Source: Patescibacteria group bacterium UBA6241 (lineage in GTDB: Bacteria; Patescibacteriota; Minisyncoccia; Phycocordibacterales; Phycocordibacteraceae). Taken from it: DNA of 64,000 nt. A model generated the notes under the pieces. The model did no database searches. It was given only the letters and a program-made list of their open reading frames with translations, and was not told the origin of the DNA. Of the stretch, positions 18,218 to 28,104 are shown in pieces (the stretch's first letter is position 1; each line of letters opens with the position of its first letter). A program made the position numbers and the translations under genes. Location: assembly GCA_002441425.1 (NCBI GenBank), contig DJWB01000001.1, forward strand, positions 105,653 through 169,652, read 5' to 3'.

Positions 18218-20593
18218 CTATTTCAGATACTCAGCAGCTTCAAGCGGAGTAAGCTCATCTGCCTTTTGGCTTTCAGGCAGGTATATACGACGCAATCCTT
18301 TCTTAAGGAAGAGTCCAGCTTTAGACTTGTACAACACTATTTGCTTCCCAGTCTTTGGGTGTTTGCCAACTTCGCGCACGATATCAACGCCCTTAGGAGG
18401 ACGCTTAGGTTCTGCGAGCACCTCAACTGCTCGGTCTAGCGTTACAGTGTATGGATCGTCAGCACCTTTAAGTGAACGGAACTCTCCATCATGTCCAACA
18501 TAGGGACCAAAGCGTCCGATATTAGCAACAACAGGCTTTCCAGTGCCTGGATGCATGCCGAGTTCACGTGGAAGAGAAAGATAATGTAGAGCATCAGCCA
18601 GAGAAACTGCTGAGAGGTCAGTACCTGCAGGAATGCTTGCACGCTTTAGTGCTTTCTTTGGGCGACCCTTCGCCTTCTTTGGTTTTCCAGCTTTCGTGAG
18701 TTCAACAGGTGCTTCAACTTCAGGAAGTTCCATCTCAACATATGGACCGTATCTCCCAGTCTTAACAAATATAGGAGCACCTGTTGCAGGGTCTGTTCCA
18801 ATGGGTTCGTCGCTTTTAAGTTCTGTCCCGTCTTCCTGGCGTGCTCCTTCACATTCAGGATAGCGAGTACAGCTCATAAAGATGCCGCCACGTCCAAGCT
18901 TAAACTCCATAACTGCTCCACAAAGAGGACAGACAAACTCTTCTGGTACAGGACCAAGAGATGTTGCTTTCGGAAGATCTTCCTTTGACAGCACTGCCTT
19001 TGAGAATGGTTTATAAAACTCTGAAAGAGTAGCCTCGTATCCACGCTCTCCGCGCGCAATCTCGTCTAGCTCGTCTTCCATCTCTGCCGTAAAGGAATCA
19101 GATACGTAGTGCGCAAAATGCTCTTCAAGCCATCCAGATACAACCATACCTGTTGCAGTTGGCATGAGGGTGCGTCCAGTCTTTTCAACATACCCACGAT
19201 CCTGAATGGTCTTCATGGTGCTTGCGTACGTAGATGGGCGTCCAATACCTCGCTTCTCAAGCTCTTTAATGAGGCCTGCTTCTGTGTAGCGGTTGGGCGG
19301 CTCTGTCTGCTTTTCTAGGGAACCGAGTGAAAGCAGGGTAAGGGACTCTCCTTCAGAAAGTTTTGGAAGTTCAACATCCTCTCCCCGCGCTTTCGTGTCG
19401 CAGGCGAGCCAGCCTGGGAAAATAAGACGGGAACCATTTGCAGAGAACAAAGGAATCTCTGCAGATGCCTTTGCTTTAACACTGGTACGCAGCATCTTTG
19501 CTGCTGACATCTGAGAAGAAAGTGTGCGGTTGCGTATGAGTTCGTACACTGCAGTCTCGTCTCCTGTTGCACCCGCTGTTTTTTTTGCCGGGTCTGTTGG
19601 ACGCACAGCCTCGTGTGCTTCCTGTGCATTCTTGCTCGTTGTCTTATAGGCACGTACTTCTACGTACTCCTTTCCGTATTCTTTCTCGGCAACAGCAGCA
19701 AGCTTTTCAACAGCCTCTTTTCCAAGGGATACGGAGTCCGTACGCATATAGGTTATGTGCCCAGCTTCATACAGTTTCTGTGCAGCACGCATCGTGCGTG
19801 AAGGAGAGAATCCAAGACGTGTAGACGCTGCCTGCTGCAACGTTGAAGTTGTAAACGGTGGTTTAGGATTTCTTTCCTCAGCGCGCTCTTTAACTTCTGC
19901 AACGGTCCATGATGCAACACGACCTTCTTCAACAATGCGAGAAGCTTCCTTTGGATCATTCGGCTCCTCAGTACACTTGGCAGGGAATTCGCCTCCAGTT
20001 GCTTTGAATTGAGCGTCTAGAGTGTAATAGGTTTCCGGAACAAACGCCTTAATCTCTCGCTCTCGTTCAGCAAGAATACGAAGCGCAGGGGATTGTACGC
20101 GTCCTGCAGAAAGTCCGTACCGTACCTTCTTCCAGATAAGTCCGGATAGGTCGTACCCAACAATGCGATCAAGTACACGCCTCGCTTCTTGTGCCTGGCG
20201 CAAGTTCTCATCAATAGCTCGCGGATGCTGGAGTGCTTCCTCTACGGCAGTCTTTGTAATCTCATGAAATACAACACGCTGAGGCTTCTTAAGCCCAACT
20301 GCCTCCTTTACGTGCCAGGCAATAGCCTCTCCTTCGCGGTCGGGGTCAGTTGCAAGGAAGACCTCCTCAGCTTTTGCAGCTGCAGTCTTAATTTTCTCAA
20401 TAACCTCTCGCTTATCTGGAGAAACTACATAACGAGGCACAAAGCCATCTTCAATATCAACAGCGTCCTTATTGGACTTAGGGAGGTCACGCACATGACC
20501 AACAGAGGCAAGCACCTCGTACTCTTTTCCGAGGTACTGCTGTATGGTGCGCGCCTTTGCAGGGGACTCAACAATTAAAAGTCTCTTTGCCAT
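18218..20593 (-). CDS. topA: DNA topoisomerase I
   Basis: N-terminal Toprim region MAKRLLIVESPAKA..., the catalytic Tyr region, and C-terminal zinc-ribbon/KR-rich tail. The ATG at 20593 is preferred over the ORF-track start. Confidence 0.9.
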   Translation of the reverse strand: MAKRLLIVESPAKARTIQQYLGKEYEVLASVGHVRDLPKSNKDAVDIEDGFVPRYVVSPDKREVIEKIKTAAAKAEEVFLATDPDREGEAIAWHVKEAVGLKKPQRVVFHEITKTAVEEALQHPRAIDENLRQAQEARRVLDRIVGYDLSGLIWKKVRYGLSAGRVQSPALRILAEREREIKAFVPETYYTLDAQFKATGGEFPAKCTEEPNDPKEASRIVEEGRVASWTVAEVKERAEERNPKPPFTTSTLQQAASTRLGFSPSRTMRAAQKLYEAGHITYMRTDSVSLGKEAVEKLAAVAEKEYGKEYVEVRAYKTTSKNAQEAHEAVRPTDPAKKTAGATGDETAVYELIRNRTLSSQMSAAKMLRTSVKAKASAEIPLFSANGSRLIFPGWLACDTKARGEDVELPKLSEGESLTLLSLGSLEKQTEPPNRYTEAGLIKELEKRGIGRPSTYASTMKTIQDRGYVEKTGRTLMPTATGMVVSGWLEEHFAHYVSDSFTAEMEDELDEIARGERGYEATLSEFYKPFSKAVLSKEDLPKATSLGPVPEEFVCPLCGAVMEFKLGRGGIFMSCTRYPECEGARQEDGTELKSDEPIGTDPATGAPIFVKTGRYGPYVEMELPEVEAPVELTKAGKPKKAKGRPKKALKRASIPAGTDLSAVSLADALHYLSLPRELGMHPGTGKPVVANIGRFGPYVGHDGEFRSLKGADDPYTVTLDRAVEVLAEPKRPPKGVDIVREVGKHPKTGKQIVLYKSKAGLFLKKGLRRIYLPESQKADELTPLEAAEYLK

Positions 20594-20703
20594 GTGTGCT
20601 AACACATACCGCGCATACCTATATATGGTCAAGTTTTGAAAGTGCGCGGGAAATGAAAAAGCCTACGAAAAACGCAGGCTTTGCCTGGAAGAAGGACGCG
20701 CCG

Positions 20704-20997
20704 CTAGGCGTGTCTCTCGTGATACCAGACGAAGAAAAGGGTGATGAGGCCGAACGTCGCGTAGAAGATGCAGGCGACGATGAGCGGCAGGGCATTGATC
20801 CAGTGCCACTTGAATTGGTCCATGGGATCAACCAGGAACCACGCACTGGCAATGACAGCCGCCTTGATCGCCGCCGCTAAAACGCCGACGAAAACCCCAG
20901 GCCAGATGATTCTGATCGCTGGCCAACACCCCGGGTGGACCCAGAAGTAATATGGCCACGCCAGCCACTTTAAGAAAAGACCAGAAGTCCCAGACAT
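20704..20997 (-). CDS. Hypothetical small membrane protein (97 aa), high-GC segment
   Basis: 2-3 TM helices and Trp-rich. About 57% GC across 20650-20990, against about 46% for the flanks. Confidence 0.4.
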   Translation of the reverse strand: MSGTSGLFLKWLAWPYYFWVHPGCWPAIRIIWPGVFVGVLAAAIKAAVIASAWFLVDPMDQFKWHWINALPLIVACIFYATFGLITLFFVWYHERHA

Positions 20998-21053
20998 GTG
21001 TTCTCTCCAGTTGCTACACAGTCAAAAGAACCCTACACCTATATTATAAAAAC

Positions 21054-21713
21054 TCAATCAAGCCCAAGTGCTTCAAGTATATGAAGGGGTTCAGTTACGA
21101 GTTCAGCGCCAAGCCGAATAAACTGATTCGCGCCAACACCATTAGGGTCTCCAATGCGGTGCGGGACACATAAAAGGTCTCTATCATATTCAGCAGTGAG
21201 TCTTGCTGTTATAAGTGTGCCTGAGCGCTCTCCCGCCTCAATAACAAGAACGGCATCAGACATGCCAACCATAAGACGATTGCGTGAAGGGAAGTCTGAG
21301 GGAAATGGAGTATGAAGAGGCTCTTGTTCTGAAAGAAGTCCCCCGCCCTGTGCAAGAATTTCTTGAGCGAGTCCTAGATTTGTTCTGGGAGCAATAACAG
21401 AATCATCAAGCCCTGACCCGGGTACGGCAAGTGTGTGAAGTCCTACGTTTAGTGCGGCCTCATGCGCACACGCGTCAGCACCAAGAGCAAGTCCGGAAAC
21501 TATGCTTATAGGGTACCCAGAAAGACCTTGTATAAGCATCTCGCAGATCTGCTTTCCATAGGGTGTGAGAGAGCGTGAACCTACTACTGCAAGAAGCTTG
21601 TGACCCTCTGGTGGCAGTGTTCCGCGAAGCCACAAGTGCTTTGGGGGATTGGGTATTTCGTTCAGAGACTTAGGGTAGTCCCGGGGAGTGAGTTGTCTCA
21701 TGTCCGTCGTCAT
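21054..21713 (-). CDS. dprA: DNA processing protein DprA/Smf
   Basis: Rossmann-like region VVGSRSLTPYGK...VSGLALGADACAH...LVIEAGERSGTLITA. Confidence 0.85.
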   Translation of the reverse strand: MTTDMRQLTPRDYPKSLNEIPNPPKHLWLRGTLPPEGHKLLAVVGSRSLTPYGKQICEMLIQGLSGYPISIVSGLALGADACAHEAALNVGLHTLAVPGSGLDDSVIAPRTNLGLAQEILAQGGGLLSEQEPLHTPFPSDFPSRNRLMVGMSDAVLVIEAGERSGTLITARLTAEYDRDLLCVPHRIGDPNGVGANQFIRLGAELVTEPLHILEALGLD

Positions 21714-21738
21714 ACTATGCTTTCCTTATTATAGTCCT

Positions 21739-23010
21739 ATGTTAGACATACATTTCATTCGCGAGAACGCAGACCTGGTGAAAGCCGGAGCGGCAAAGAA
21801 GAATATCCAAGTAGATATTGATCGTCTGCTTGCGGTTGATGACGAGCGCAAACAACTGCGTCAGCAGCTAGACGATAAGAAAGCTGAGCAGAACCGCGCA
21901 AGCAAAACTATTGCACTCGCTAAAGATGAAGAGCGAGATCGTCTGCTTGAAGCAATGCGGTTCCTGAAGGAAGGAATGGGAGAGCTTGAGGAGAAGTACA
22001 AGGCTGCATTTGAAGAGTGGCAGAAGCTGATGCTGCTTGTGCCTAACTTGCCTGACATGACTGTGCCTGAAGGTGCAAGTGATGCAGATAACGTTGAGAC
22101 ACGTGTGTGGGGAGAGAAACCGTCTTTCCTATTTACACCAAAGACACACGTGGAGCTTATGGTGAATGCAGGGATGGCAGACTTTGAGCGGGGCGCTAAA
22201 GTTGCGGGATTCCGCGGATACTTCCTTAAGGGAGATGGTGCACTTCTTTCATACGCTATTTGGAGATTCCTTTCAGATCACTTTATACAAAAGGGAGGCT
22301 TCACTCCTATGATTGTGCCGTCTTTGGTGCGTCGTGAAGGATTCCTCGGTACGGGATATCTTCCACAAAGCGAAGAGGATCTATACAAAACACAAGATGG
22401 GGAATATCTCTCAGGAACTGCAGAGGTTGCAACCATGGCGTACCACCTGGACGAAGTGCTTGAGCGAAGTGCCTTCCCTATTAAGTATTTCTCTTTCTCC
22501 CCATGTTTTAGACGAGAAGTTGGTGCGCATGGAAAAGATACGAAAGGCCTCGTACGTGTGCATGAGTTTTATAAGTTTGAGCAAGTAGTACTCTGTGAAG
22601 CTTCACACGAGGAATCAGTGCGTCTGCATGAGGAACTTACCAAGAATGCAGAAGAAGCAATCCAGCTTCTCGGAATTCCATACCATGTCGTTATTAACTG
22701 CGGAGGAGACTTGGGTCTTGGACAGGTTAAGAAATACGATATTGAGTGCTGGATGCCTGGAGAGAATCAGTACCGCGAAACACATTCCTCTTCATACTTC
22801 CATGACTTCCAAACACGCAGACTAAACATTCGGTATCGTGACGAGGAAGGGAACATGCGTTTTGCACACTCTCTAAACAACACTGCGCTTGCAACTCCTC
22901 GCTTCCTTGCAGTTCTCGTAGAGAATTATCAGCAAGCTGATGGAACTATTCGTGTTCCAGAAGTACTCGTCCCGTATGTCGGCAAAGAAATCCTGGGACA
23001 TAGCGCCTAG
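21739..23010 (+). CDS. serS: Seryl-tRNA synthetase
   Basis: N-terminal coiled-coil MLDIHFIREN..., class II motifs and the C-terminal core. ATG at 21739. Confidence 0.88.
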   Translation: MLDIHFIRENADLVKAGAAKKNIQVDIDRLLAVDDERKQLRQQLDDKKAEQNRASKTIALAKDEERDRLLEAMRFLKEGMGELEEKYKAAFEEWQKLMLLVPNLPDMTVPEGASDADNVETRVWGEKPSFLFTPKTHVELMVNAGMADFERGAKVAGFRGYFLKGDGALLSYAIWRFLSDHFIQKGGFTPMIVPSLVRREGFLGTGYLPQSEEDLYKTQDGEYLSGTAEVATMAYHLDEVLERSAFPIKYFSFSPCFRREVGAHGKDTKGLVRVHEFYKFEQVVLCEASHEESVRLHEELTKNAEEAIQLLGIPYHVVINCGGDLGLGQVKKYDIECWMPGENQYRETHSSSYFHDFQTRRLNIRYRDEEGNMRFAHSLNNTALATPRFLAVLVENYQQADGTIRVPEVLVPYVGKEILGHSA

Positions 23011-23941
23011 AGCACGTTCTGCGGCTGCAAAGCCTGCAGCTCGCTCTATGCACGATATTCAAGCGAAGCCTAAGGCTGCAACTATAGTTCCTGCCAGTAC
23101 ACGCAATGTAACTATCGCGCGTGGGAAGCAAGCAAAGAAAGAAAAGAGAACACCTTTAAAGAAGCAACGCAGCAAGAAGCGAAAGTTCTTTCTGATTGCG
23201 CTAGGGGTGCTGCTTGTTGTATTGCTTACCGTTGCTCTGTATGTCTTGTGGCTTCCTGTATTCCGCATGCATGAAGTGCGTGTAACTGGAGCACATCAGG
23301 AGGAGATTAAAGCAATCGCAGAACAGCAACTTGCAGGGAGTCACCTATTTATAGTGCCTCGCAACTCTCTATTCTTTATTCCTGAAAGCGAGATACGAAA
23401 TGCAGTTCTTAATGCGTATCCAGATATTGAAGCACTTTCTATTTCAGCAGACGGTCTCACCACACTTACCCTAAATGCAGTGAGTCGTGCGGAAGCATTT
23501 CTCTGGTGCGGAGAAACGCCAGACACGCCGAGCGATCCTTGCTACGAGGCAAATGCTGAGGGACTCATATTTGCAGCATCTGAAGCTCAAGCCTCAACCA
23601 CTCCTATACTTAAGGTATACGCAGCTCTTGAAGGAGTACAAGGAGAAACACCGCTCCGTGCACATGTTAGCTATGCTTCCCGAATTCCCGATGCGCTTAA
23701 GTTTGTAAAAGCCATGCAGCAGCTTCAGGCGAGTGTAGTTTCTGTTGCTATACGTAATGATGAAGCTGATTTGTACACTGCTTCAGGAACTCGCATAACG
23801 TATGTGCTTGGACATGAACAAGAAGCAGCTATAACTGCTGCAAGTATCTTCCCTCAACTAAATCTCAATGATGGAAGTGTTGAATACGTAGACCTTAGGT
23901 TCCCAGGGAAGGGATACTTTAAGAGAAGAGGAGACATATAA
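22976..23941 (+). CDS. FtsQ/DivIB-like cell-division protein (basic N-terminus, one TM, POTRA-like region); start uncertain (22976 or 23048)
   Basis: A Lys/Arg-rich cytoplasmic tail, then a TM helix FFLIALGVLLVVLLTVALYVLW, then EVRVTG (POTRA-like). It overlaps the serS 3' end. Confidence 0.5.
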   Translation: MSAKKSWDIAPRARSAAAKPAARSMHDIQAKPKAATIVPASTRNVTIARGKQAKKEKRTPLKKQRSKKRKFFLIALGVLLVVLLTVALYVLWLPVFRMHEVRVTGAHQEEIKAIAEQQLAGSHLFIVPRNSLFFIPESEIRNAVLNAYPDIEALSISADGLTTLTLNAVSRAEAFLWCGETPDTPSDPCYEANAEGLIFAASEAQASTTPILKVYAALEGVQGETPLRAHVSYASRIPDALKFVKAMQQLQASVVSVAIRNDEADLYTASGTRITYVLGHEQEAAITAASIFPQLNLNDGSVEYVDLRFPGKGYFKRRGDI

Positions 23942-23958
23942 ATGAAAACACGCGGGGG

Positions 23959-24399
23959 TTAGACCGCGTGTCGTGCTGACTTGTAGAGATCAAGATCAAT
24001 GAGAGTCAGCATATCGTTTGTGTTGAAATCAATGCCTGTCATGTCGTCAAACCACACTTCCTTGAGCCTGCCCACCGCCTGAAGAGGCGGAGAAAGGTTC
24101 CCAACGATGTGTGTGTCTGAAAGACAAACGCGCGCCAAGACACTCAGTCTCTTTGGCTTGCGCTTTTTGTTGACGGACTTGCTTCTGACGACCTTGAGAT
24201 TGATGTGGTGTCCCGGGCGTGATGGAATGCCCGTGAACTTCTCTAGGCCCTCAGTAGCAATGTTCTTCCAGTCGCTTTCAGAAACTCCAGTCCCAGTGAA
24301 GTGCAAAAACCCCCAGAGACCATCATGTTCCTGAGCGAGGATTCCTCGCTGTGTGCCTACGATGAGGCGAACAGAAATCTTCATCAGACGCCCCTCCAA
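23959..24399 (-). CDS. Hypothetical protein (146 aa)
   Basis: ORF with coding-like composition; no recognisable motif. Confidence 0.4.
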   Translation of the reverse strand: MEGRLMKISVRLIVGTQRGILAQEHDGLWGFLHFTGTGVSESDWKNIATEGLEKFTGIPSRPGHHINLKVVRSKSVNKKRKPKRLSVLARVCLSDTHIVGNLSPPLQAVGRLKEVWFDDMTGIDFNTNDMLTLIDLDLYKSARHAV

Positions 24400-24493
24400 T
24401 GCCTTGTCACAGGATTGTGACTAAAGCTCTGCAGGCACTCTACGTGAGCTCACCTGGATTGTCTAATTCAGAGGCTCCCAGTAGGATGGCCAC

Positions 24494-25465
24494 ATGGAAT
24501 CATTCTGGCAAAAGCTGAATAAACCCTTACTTGTACTCGCTCCCATGGCGGACGTAACTGATCCTGCGTACCGCAGGCTTATCGCTGAACACGCGGCCCC
24601 TTCAGTTATGTGGACAGAGTTTGTGTCAGCAGATGGTCTGTACCACACACGAGAGAAGGCAGGCATGAAAGACGAGGAGAATCCGCTTATGCGAGACTTG
24701 CAGTTTGGGGAGCGCGAGCGACCTATTGTTGCGCAGTTGTTTTCGTCCAAGCCCGAGATGATGTCATACGCTGCAAAGCTCTGTGTTGAACTTGGCTTTG
24801 ACGGAATTGATATCAATATGGGATGCCCAGATCGCTCCATTGAAAAGCAGGGATGTGGTGCGGCGATGATTAAGGACCCTGAGAATGCAAAGGCAATTAT
24901 TCGTGCAGCTCGTGAGTCAGGTCTCCCGGTTTCAGTGAAGACACGTATTGGCTACAATCAGGAGAGTATTGATACCTGGATTCCTGAATTACTCTCAGAA
25001 GCACCCGAAGCGCTTACGGTTCATTTGCGTACACGCAAAGAGATGTCAGCAGTCCCTGCGCACTGGGAGTTCATGGAGCGAGTTGTAGCGCTTAGGGATA
25101 CTCATAGTCCCGAAACACTGGTGCTTGGTAATGGAGATGTTAAGTCTCTGGAAGAAGCAAAGCAGAAGGTTAAGGAGACCGGATGCGACGGTGTTATGTT
25201 GGGACGTGCCATCTTCGGAAACCCCTGGCTTTTTACCGGCAGAGACTTCGCTGAAATTTCTCCCGAGGAACGCATTCAGGCACTTCGCACGCTGGCTGAA
25301 TACTTTAGCGAGCTAACGCCTGCAAAGCATTTTCATATTCTTAAAAAGCACTTTAAGGCTTTTATACAGGGCTGGCCTGGTGCTGCAGAGTTACGTTCTG
25401 AACTTATGCAAACAGGAAGCAGGGAAGAGTTGGAGGCAGTGTTGGAGCAACACGGCCTGGTATAA
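24494..25465 (+). CDS. dus: tRNA-dihydrouridine synthase
   Basis: LAPMADVTDPAYR, NMGCP and a TIM-barrel Dus pattern. Confidence 0.88.
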   Translation: MESFWQKLNKPLLVLAPMADVTDPAYRRLIAEHAAPSVMWTEFVSADGLYHTREKAGMKDEENPLMRDLQFGERERPIVAQLFSSKPEMMSYAAKLCVELGFDGIDINMGCPDRSIEKQGCGAAMIKDPENAKAIIRAARESGLPVSVKTRIGYNQESIDTWIPELLSEAPEALTVHLRTRKEMSAVPAHWEFMERVVALRDTHSPETLVLGNGDVKSLEEAKQKVKETGCDGVMLGRAIFGNPWLFTGRDFAEISPEERIQALRTLAEYFSELTPAKHFHILKKHFKAFIQGWPGAAELRSELMQTGSREELEAVLEQHGLV

Positions 25466-25473
25466 TCTTTGGC

Positions 25474-26508
25474 ATGAGACATCAATCTTTGTATAGAGCG
25501 TATAGGCCACAGGCCTTTAAGGAGGTGGTGGGACAGGACGAAGTCGTGCAGCCGCTCCTTACACAGATTGCAGGAAAGAAAGTAGGGCATGCCTATTTGT
25601 TTGCAGGATCACGAGGTCTTGGAAAGACATCTATCGCACGCATCTTTGCAAAGGAGCTTAACGTGCATGAACGAGATGTATATGAGCTTGATGCAGCTTC
25701 GCATAACGGAGTGGATGAGGTGCGTAGTTTGAATGACAGCATTTACACGCTGCCCTTTGCATCCGAATACAAGGTATACATTCTGGACGAGGCACACATG
25801 CTCTCTAAGGGTGCATGGAATGCGCTCCTAAAGACTCTTGAAGAGCCTCCCCAGCACGTCATTATTATTCTTGCTACTACGGAGCTAGAGAAAGTGCCTG
25901 AGACGGTACGTTCTCGCTGCCAGGTCTTTACGTTTAAGAAGCCTTCACGCTCTGGACTCGCAAAGCTCGTACAGGATGTTGCAAAGAAGGAGGGAGTTAA
26001 AATTGAACCTGCTGCAGCAGAGCTCATAGCACTTCTTGGAGACGGCTCATACAGAGACGCGCTTTCAGTGCTTGAGAAGGCACTGTCTGCAGGAGACGGA
26101 AAGGTGCTTTCAAGAGAGCAGACGGAGCAGGCAACAGGAGCTCCGCGACATGCGCTCGTACACGGACTTGCAGAAGCTGTCTCAACAGGAGATACAGGTA
26201 CTGCACTTAAGACTATTCATGCTGCGCAAGAGGGAAATATTGATATGCAGTTGTATCTAATGCTAGTGCTTGAATACTTCAGACAAATTCTGCTTATACG
26301 GCACGCACCAGAGCTTCAGAAAGAGATACAGGAGGAGTTGGGAGAAGACGCATACAAGGATGCAAAGGTGCTCTCTGATGCAAAAGATTCTTTACTTACA
26401 CATCAAGCTCTGGGCACTTTCCTAGACGCTGCATCTCGTATCAGGTTCTCCCCAGTACCTAGTCTTCCGCTAGAACTTGCAGTGCTCGCCATTTCCAGGC
26501 AGGATTAG
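25474..26508 (+). CDS. dnaX: DNA polymerase III subunit gamma/tau (short, 344 aa; domains I-III only)
   Basis: YRPQAFKEVVGQ, Walker A GSRGLGKTS, DEAHMLS and the SRC motif VRSRCQ. Confidence 0.88.
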   Translation: MRHQSLYRAYRPQAFKEVVGQDEVVQPLLTQIAGKKVGHAYLFAGSRGLGKTSIARIFAKELNVHERDVYELDAASHNGVDEVRSLNDSIYTLPFASEYKVYILDEAHMLSKGAWNALLKTLEEPPQHVIIILATTELEKVPETVRSRCQVFTFKKPSRSGLAKLVQDVAKKEGVKIEPAAAELIALLGDGSYRDALSVLEKALSAGDGKVLSREQTEQATGAPRHALVHGLAEAVSTGDTGTALKTIHAAQEGNIDMQLYLMLVLEYFRQILLIRHAPELQKEIQEELGEDAYKDAKVLSDAKDSLLTHQALGTFLDAASRIRFSPVPSLPLELAVLAISRQD

Positions 26509-26513
26509 GGAAT

Positions 26514-26584
26514 TGGGAGATCGTCTAATGGTAGGACAGCGGCCTTTGAAGCCGTGAATCTAGGTTCGATCCCTAGTCTCCCAG
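26514..26584 (+). tRNA. tRNA-Gln(TTG)
   Basis: TGGGAGATCGTCTAATGGTAGGACAGCGGCCTTTGAAGCCGTGAATCTAGGTTCGATCCCTAGTCTCCCAG. Anticodon loop CTTTGAA. Confidence 0.85.
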
Positions 26585-26683
26585 CAATAAGAAAGCTCAA
26601 ATAACAAAGCCCCACAACCGCATGATTGGGGGCTCCCGTGACGAAATCGGGCTACGTCTGCTTTTCTTACAGGGATTGAGGAC

Positions 26684-27169
26684 TCAGATGATCCCGTTGA
26701 GAATCTTTACGAGCTGGTCGATCGCTTCTCGCTGTTGGGCATCGTGAGTAACTTCGCAGAGGTCCAGCAAACTATCACAGCCTTCATCACATTGATGTGC
26801 TGAAAGGAACGCCTGACCGATGGCCTGCTTGCCACCGCTAATGCAAATCATGAAGTCACGAATCGGTTCGGAAACGTGGCTCATGACGTGAAGGCTGTAT
26901 CCGAAGGAATCCAGCAACTCTTCTGTGTTGATCGTGACCTCCGTGCCCATTTGCCTGCCAGCATTCTTAGCGGCTGCACCGATTGCATTCTTTACTCTGC
27001 CGACCACGTTCTGAATCAGTCTGGCTTGCTTATGTGCCAAACGTTCTTCATGTGACATCGAAAAAACCATTTCGAGATGAATATCAAGCAACATCGTAAC
27101 GTCCTTGGGAATGAGTTCAGCATCCCTACTGACTGCAGAAGTTGAACACTGCAGTTTGTCCGTGTGCAA
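26684..27169 (-). CDS. Hypothetical protein (161 aa), divergent from the cassette array
   Basis: ORF between tRNA-Gln and the first array repeat. No tyrosine-recombinase motifs are recognisable. Somewhat elevated GC. Confidence 0.4.
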   Translation of the reverse strand: MHTDKLQCSTSAVSRDAELIPKDVTMLLDIHLEMVFSMSHEERLAHKQARLIQNVVGRVKNAIGAAAKNAGRQMGTEVTINTEELLDSFGYSLHVMSHVSEPIRDFMICISGGKQAIGQAFLSAHQCDEGCDSLLDLCEVTHDAQQREAIDQLVKILNGII

Positions 27170-27233
27170 TATGCTTTATTTATATAGATATGTCAAGTAT
27201 AAAAGTTCCAACATCGTCCCATACCCCCAGCCA

Positions 27234-27578
27234 ATGTATACTCGTGGTATGCCAACAGCTAACATCTATTTCAGTGGTCAGGATAATGTTGAGGCACTTC
27301 AGGCTCTTATTCCTGACCTTAAGACGTATCTCGCACAGGAACTTTCTTGCAGCGACATTTCCCTCACATCAGAAGAGATTAGCATTCGATTTATTACAAA
27401 TACCGGCCCCAATATGATTGGCGATGTAGAGGTTCAGATATCGGCCCATTCATTCCCAGAACGCATTCAAAAGCAGGATCAAGTATGTCTCGACGTAATG
27501 AAATGGCTCCAAGATCGAACTGAGGTAAAGAACATTAAGGTCTGGCTTCAGCTCTCTAAGCTAGGACATAGTTGGTAG
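27234..27578 (+). CDS. Cassette ORF, hypothetical (about 114 aa)
   Basis: ATG 2 nt after repeat copy 1 (27204-27232); coding-like composition. Confidence 0.45.
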   Translation: MYTRGMPTANIYFSGQDNVEALQALIPDLKTYLAQELSCSDISLTSEEISIRFITNTGPNMIGDVEVQISAHSFPERIQKQDQVCLDVMKWLQDRTEVKNIKVWLQLSKLGHSW

Positions 27579-27654
27579 GTTCGTTAATCTTAAGCAGTTT
27601 CGTGCAGATTTGACATAGTAAGTTTTAGTGATAAAAATCATTCGGAGGTGCGAA

Positions 27655-28020
27655 ATGGCAACAATCCTTATTGTCGAAGATACGCCGCTATACCAGCGAG
27701 GGTATCAAAGGGAGCTCGCAGAGCATACCTTGATCATCGCAGGGACTTCGGCTGTCGCCCGGGCTGAATTCGCCCGAATGCAGCATACGATCGATATCAT
27801 CATCCTCGATGGTGAGCTCGCTTCGATGGACCCCGAACGGGACACTGTCGATATGGCGAGCGACTTCCGTGCCGCAGGCTTTACGGGTCCGATGATCGCT
27901 GCGAGCAGCAACCCGTACATCATGAACCAGCTCATGGAGAAGAATCGGTGCTCGCACCGAGCCAGCCCCAAGTCTGATGTCCAAGACCTGGTCAACCAGA
28001 TCCTCGAGAACCGCCCTTAA
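27655..28020 (+). CDS. Cassette ORF, CheY-like receiver-domain protein (stand-alone), high GC
   Basis: SD GGAGG 5 nt upstream of the ATG at 27655. MATILIVEDTPL...IIILDGEL shows the receiver-domain beta1/beta3 pattern. About 58% GC. Confidence 0.5.
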   Translation: MATILIVEDTPLYQRGYQRELAEHTLIIAGTSAVARAEFARMQHTIDIIILDGELASMDPERDTVDMASDFRAAGFTGPMIAASSNPYIMNQLMEKNRCSHRASPKSDVQDLVNQILENRP

Positions 28021-28104
28021 CCGAGCGGTTTTTCATTTACCGAAAGACTCAGAAGGGTTCCAACATCGTCCCAGACTGCCAGCAACTTTGGTACACTTAT
28101 TTGT

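Noticed and set aside
26585-27203. Integron integrase (intI) divergent from the array
   Set aside because: The only ORF here (26684-27169, 161 aa) is too short and shows no tyrosine-recombinase R-K-H-R-H-Y motifs. No integrase is recognisable anywhere in the window.
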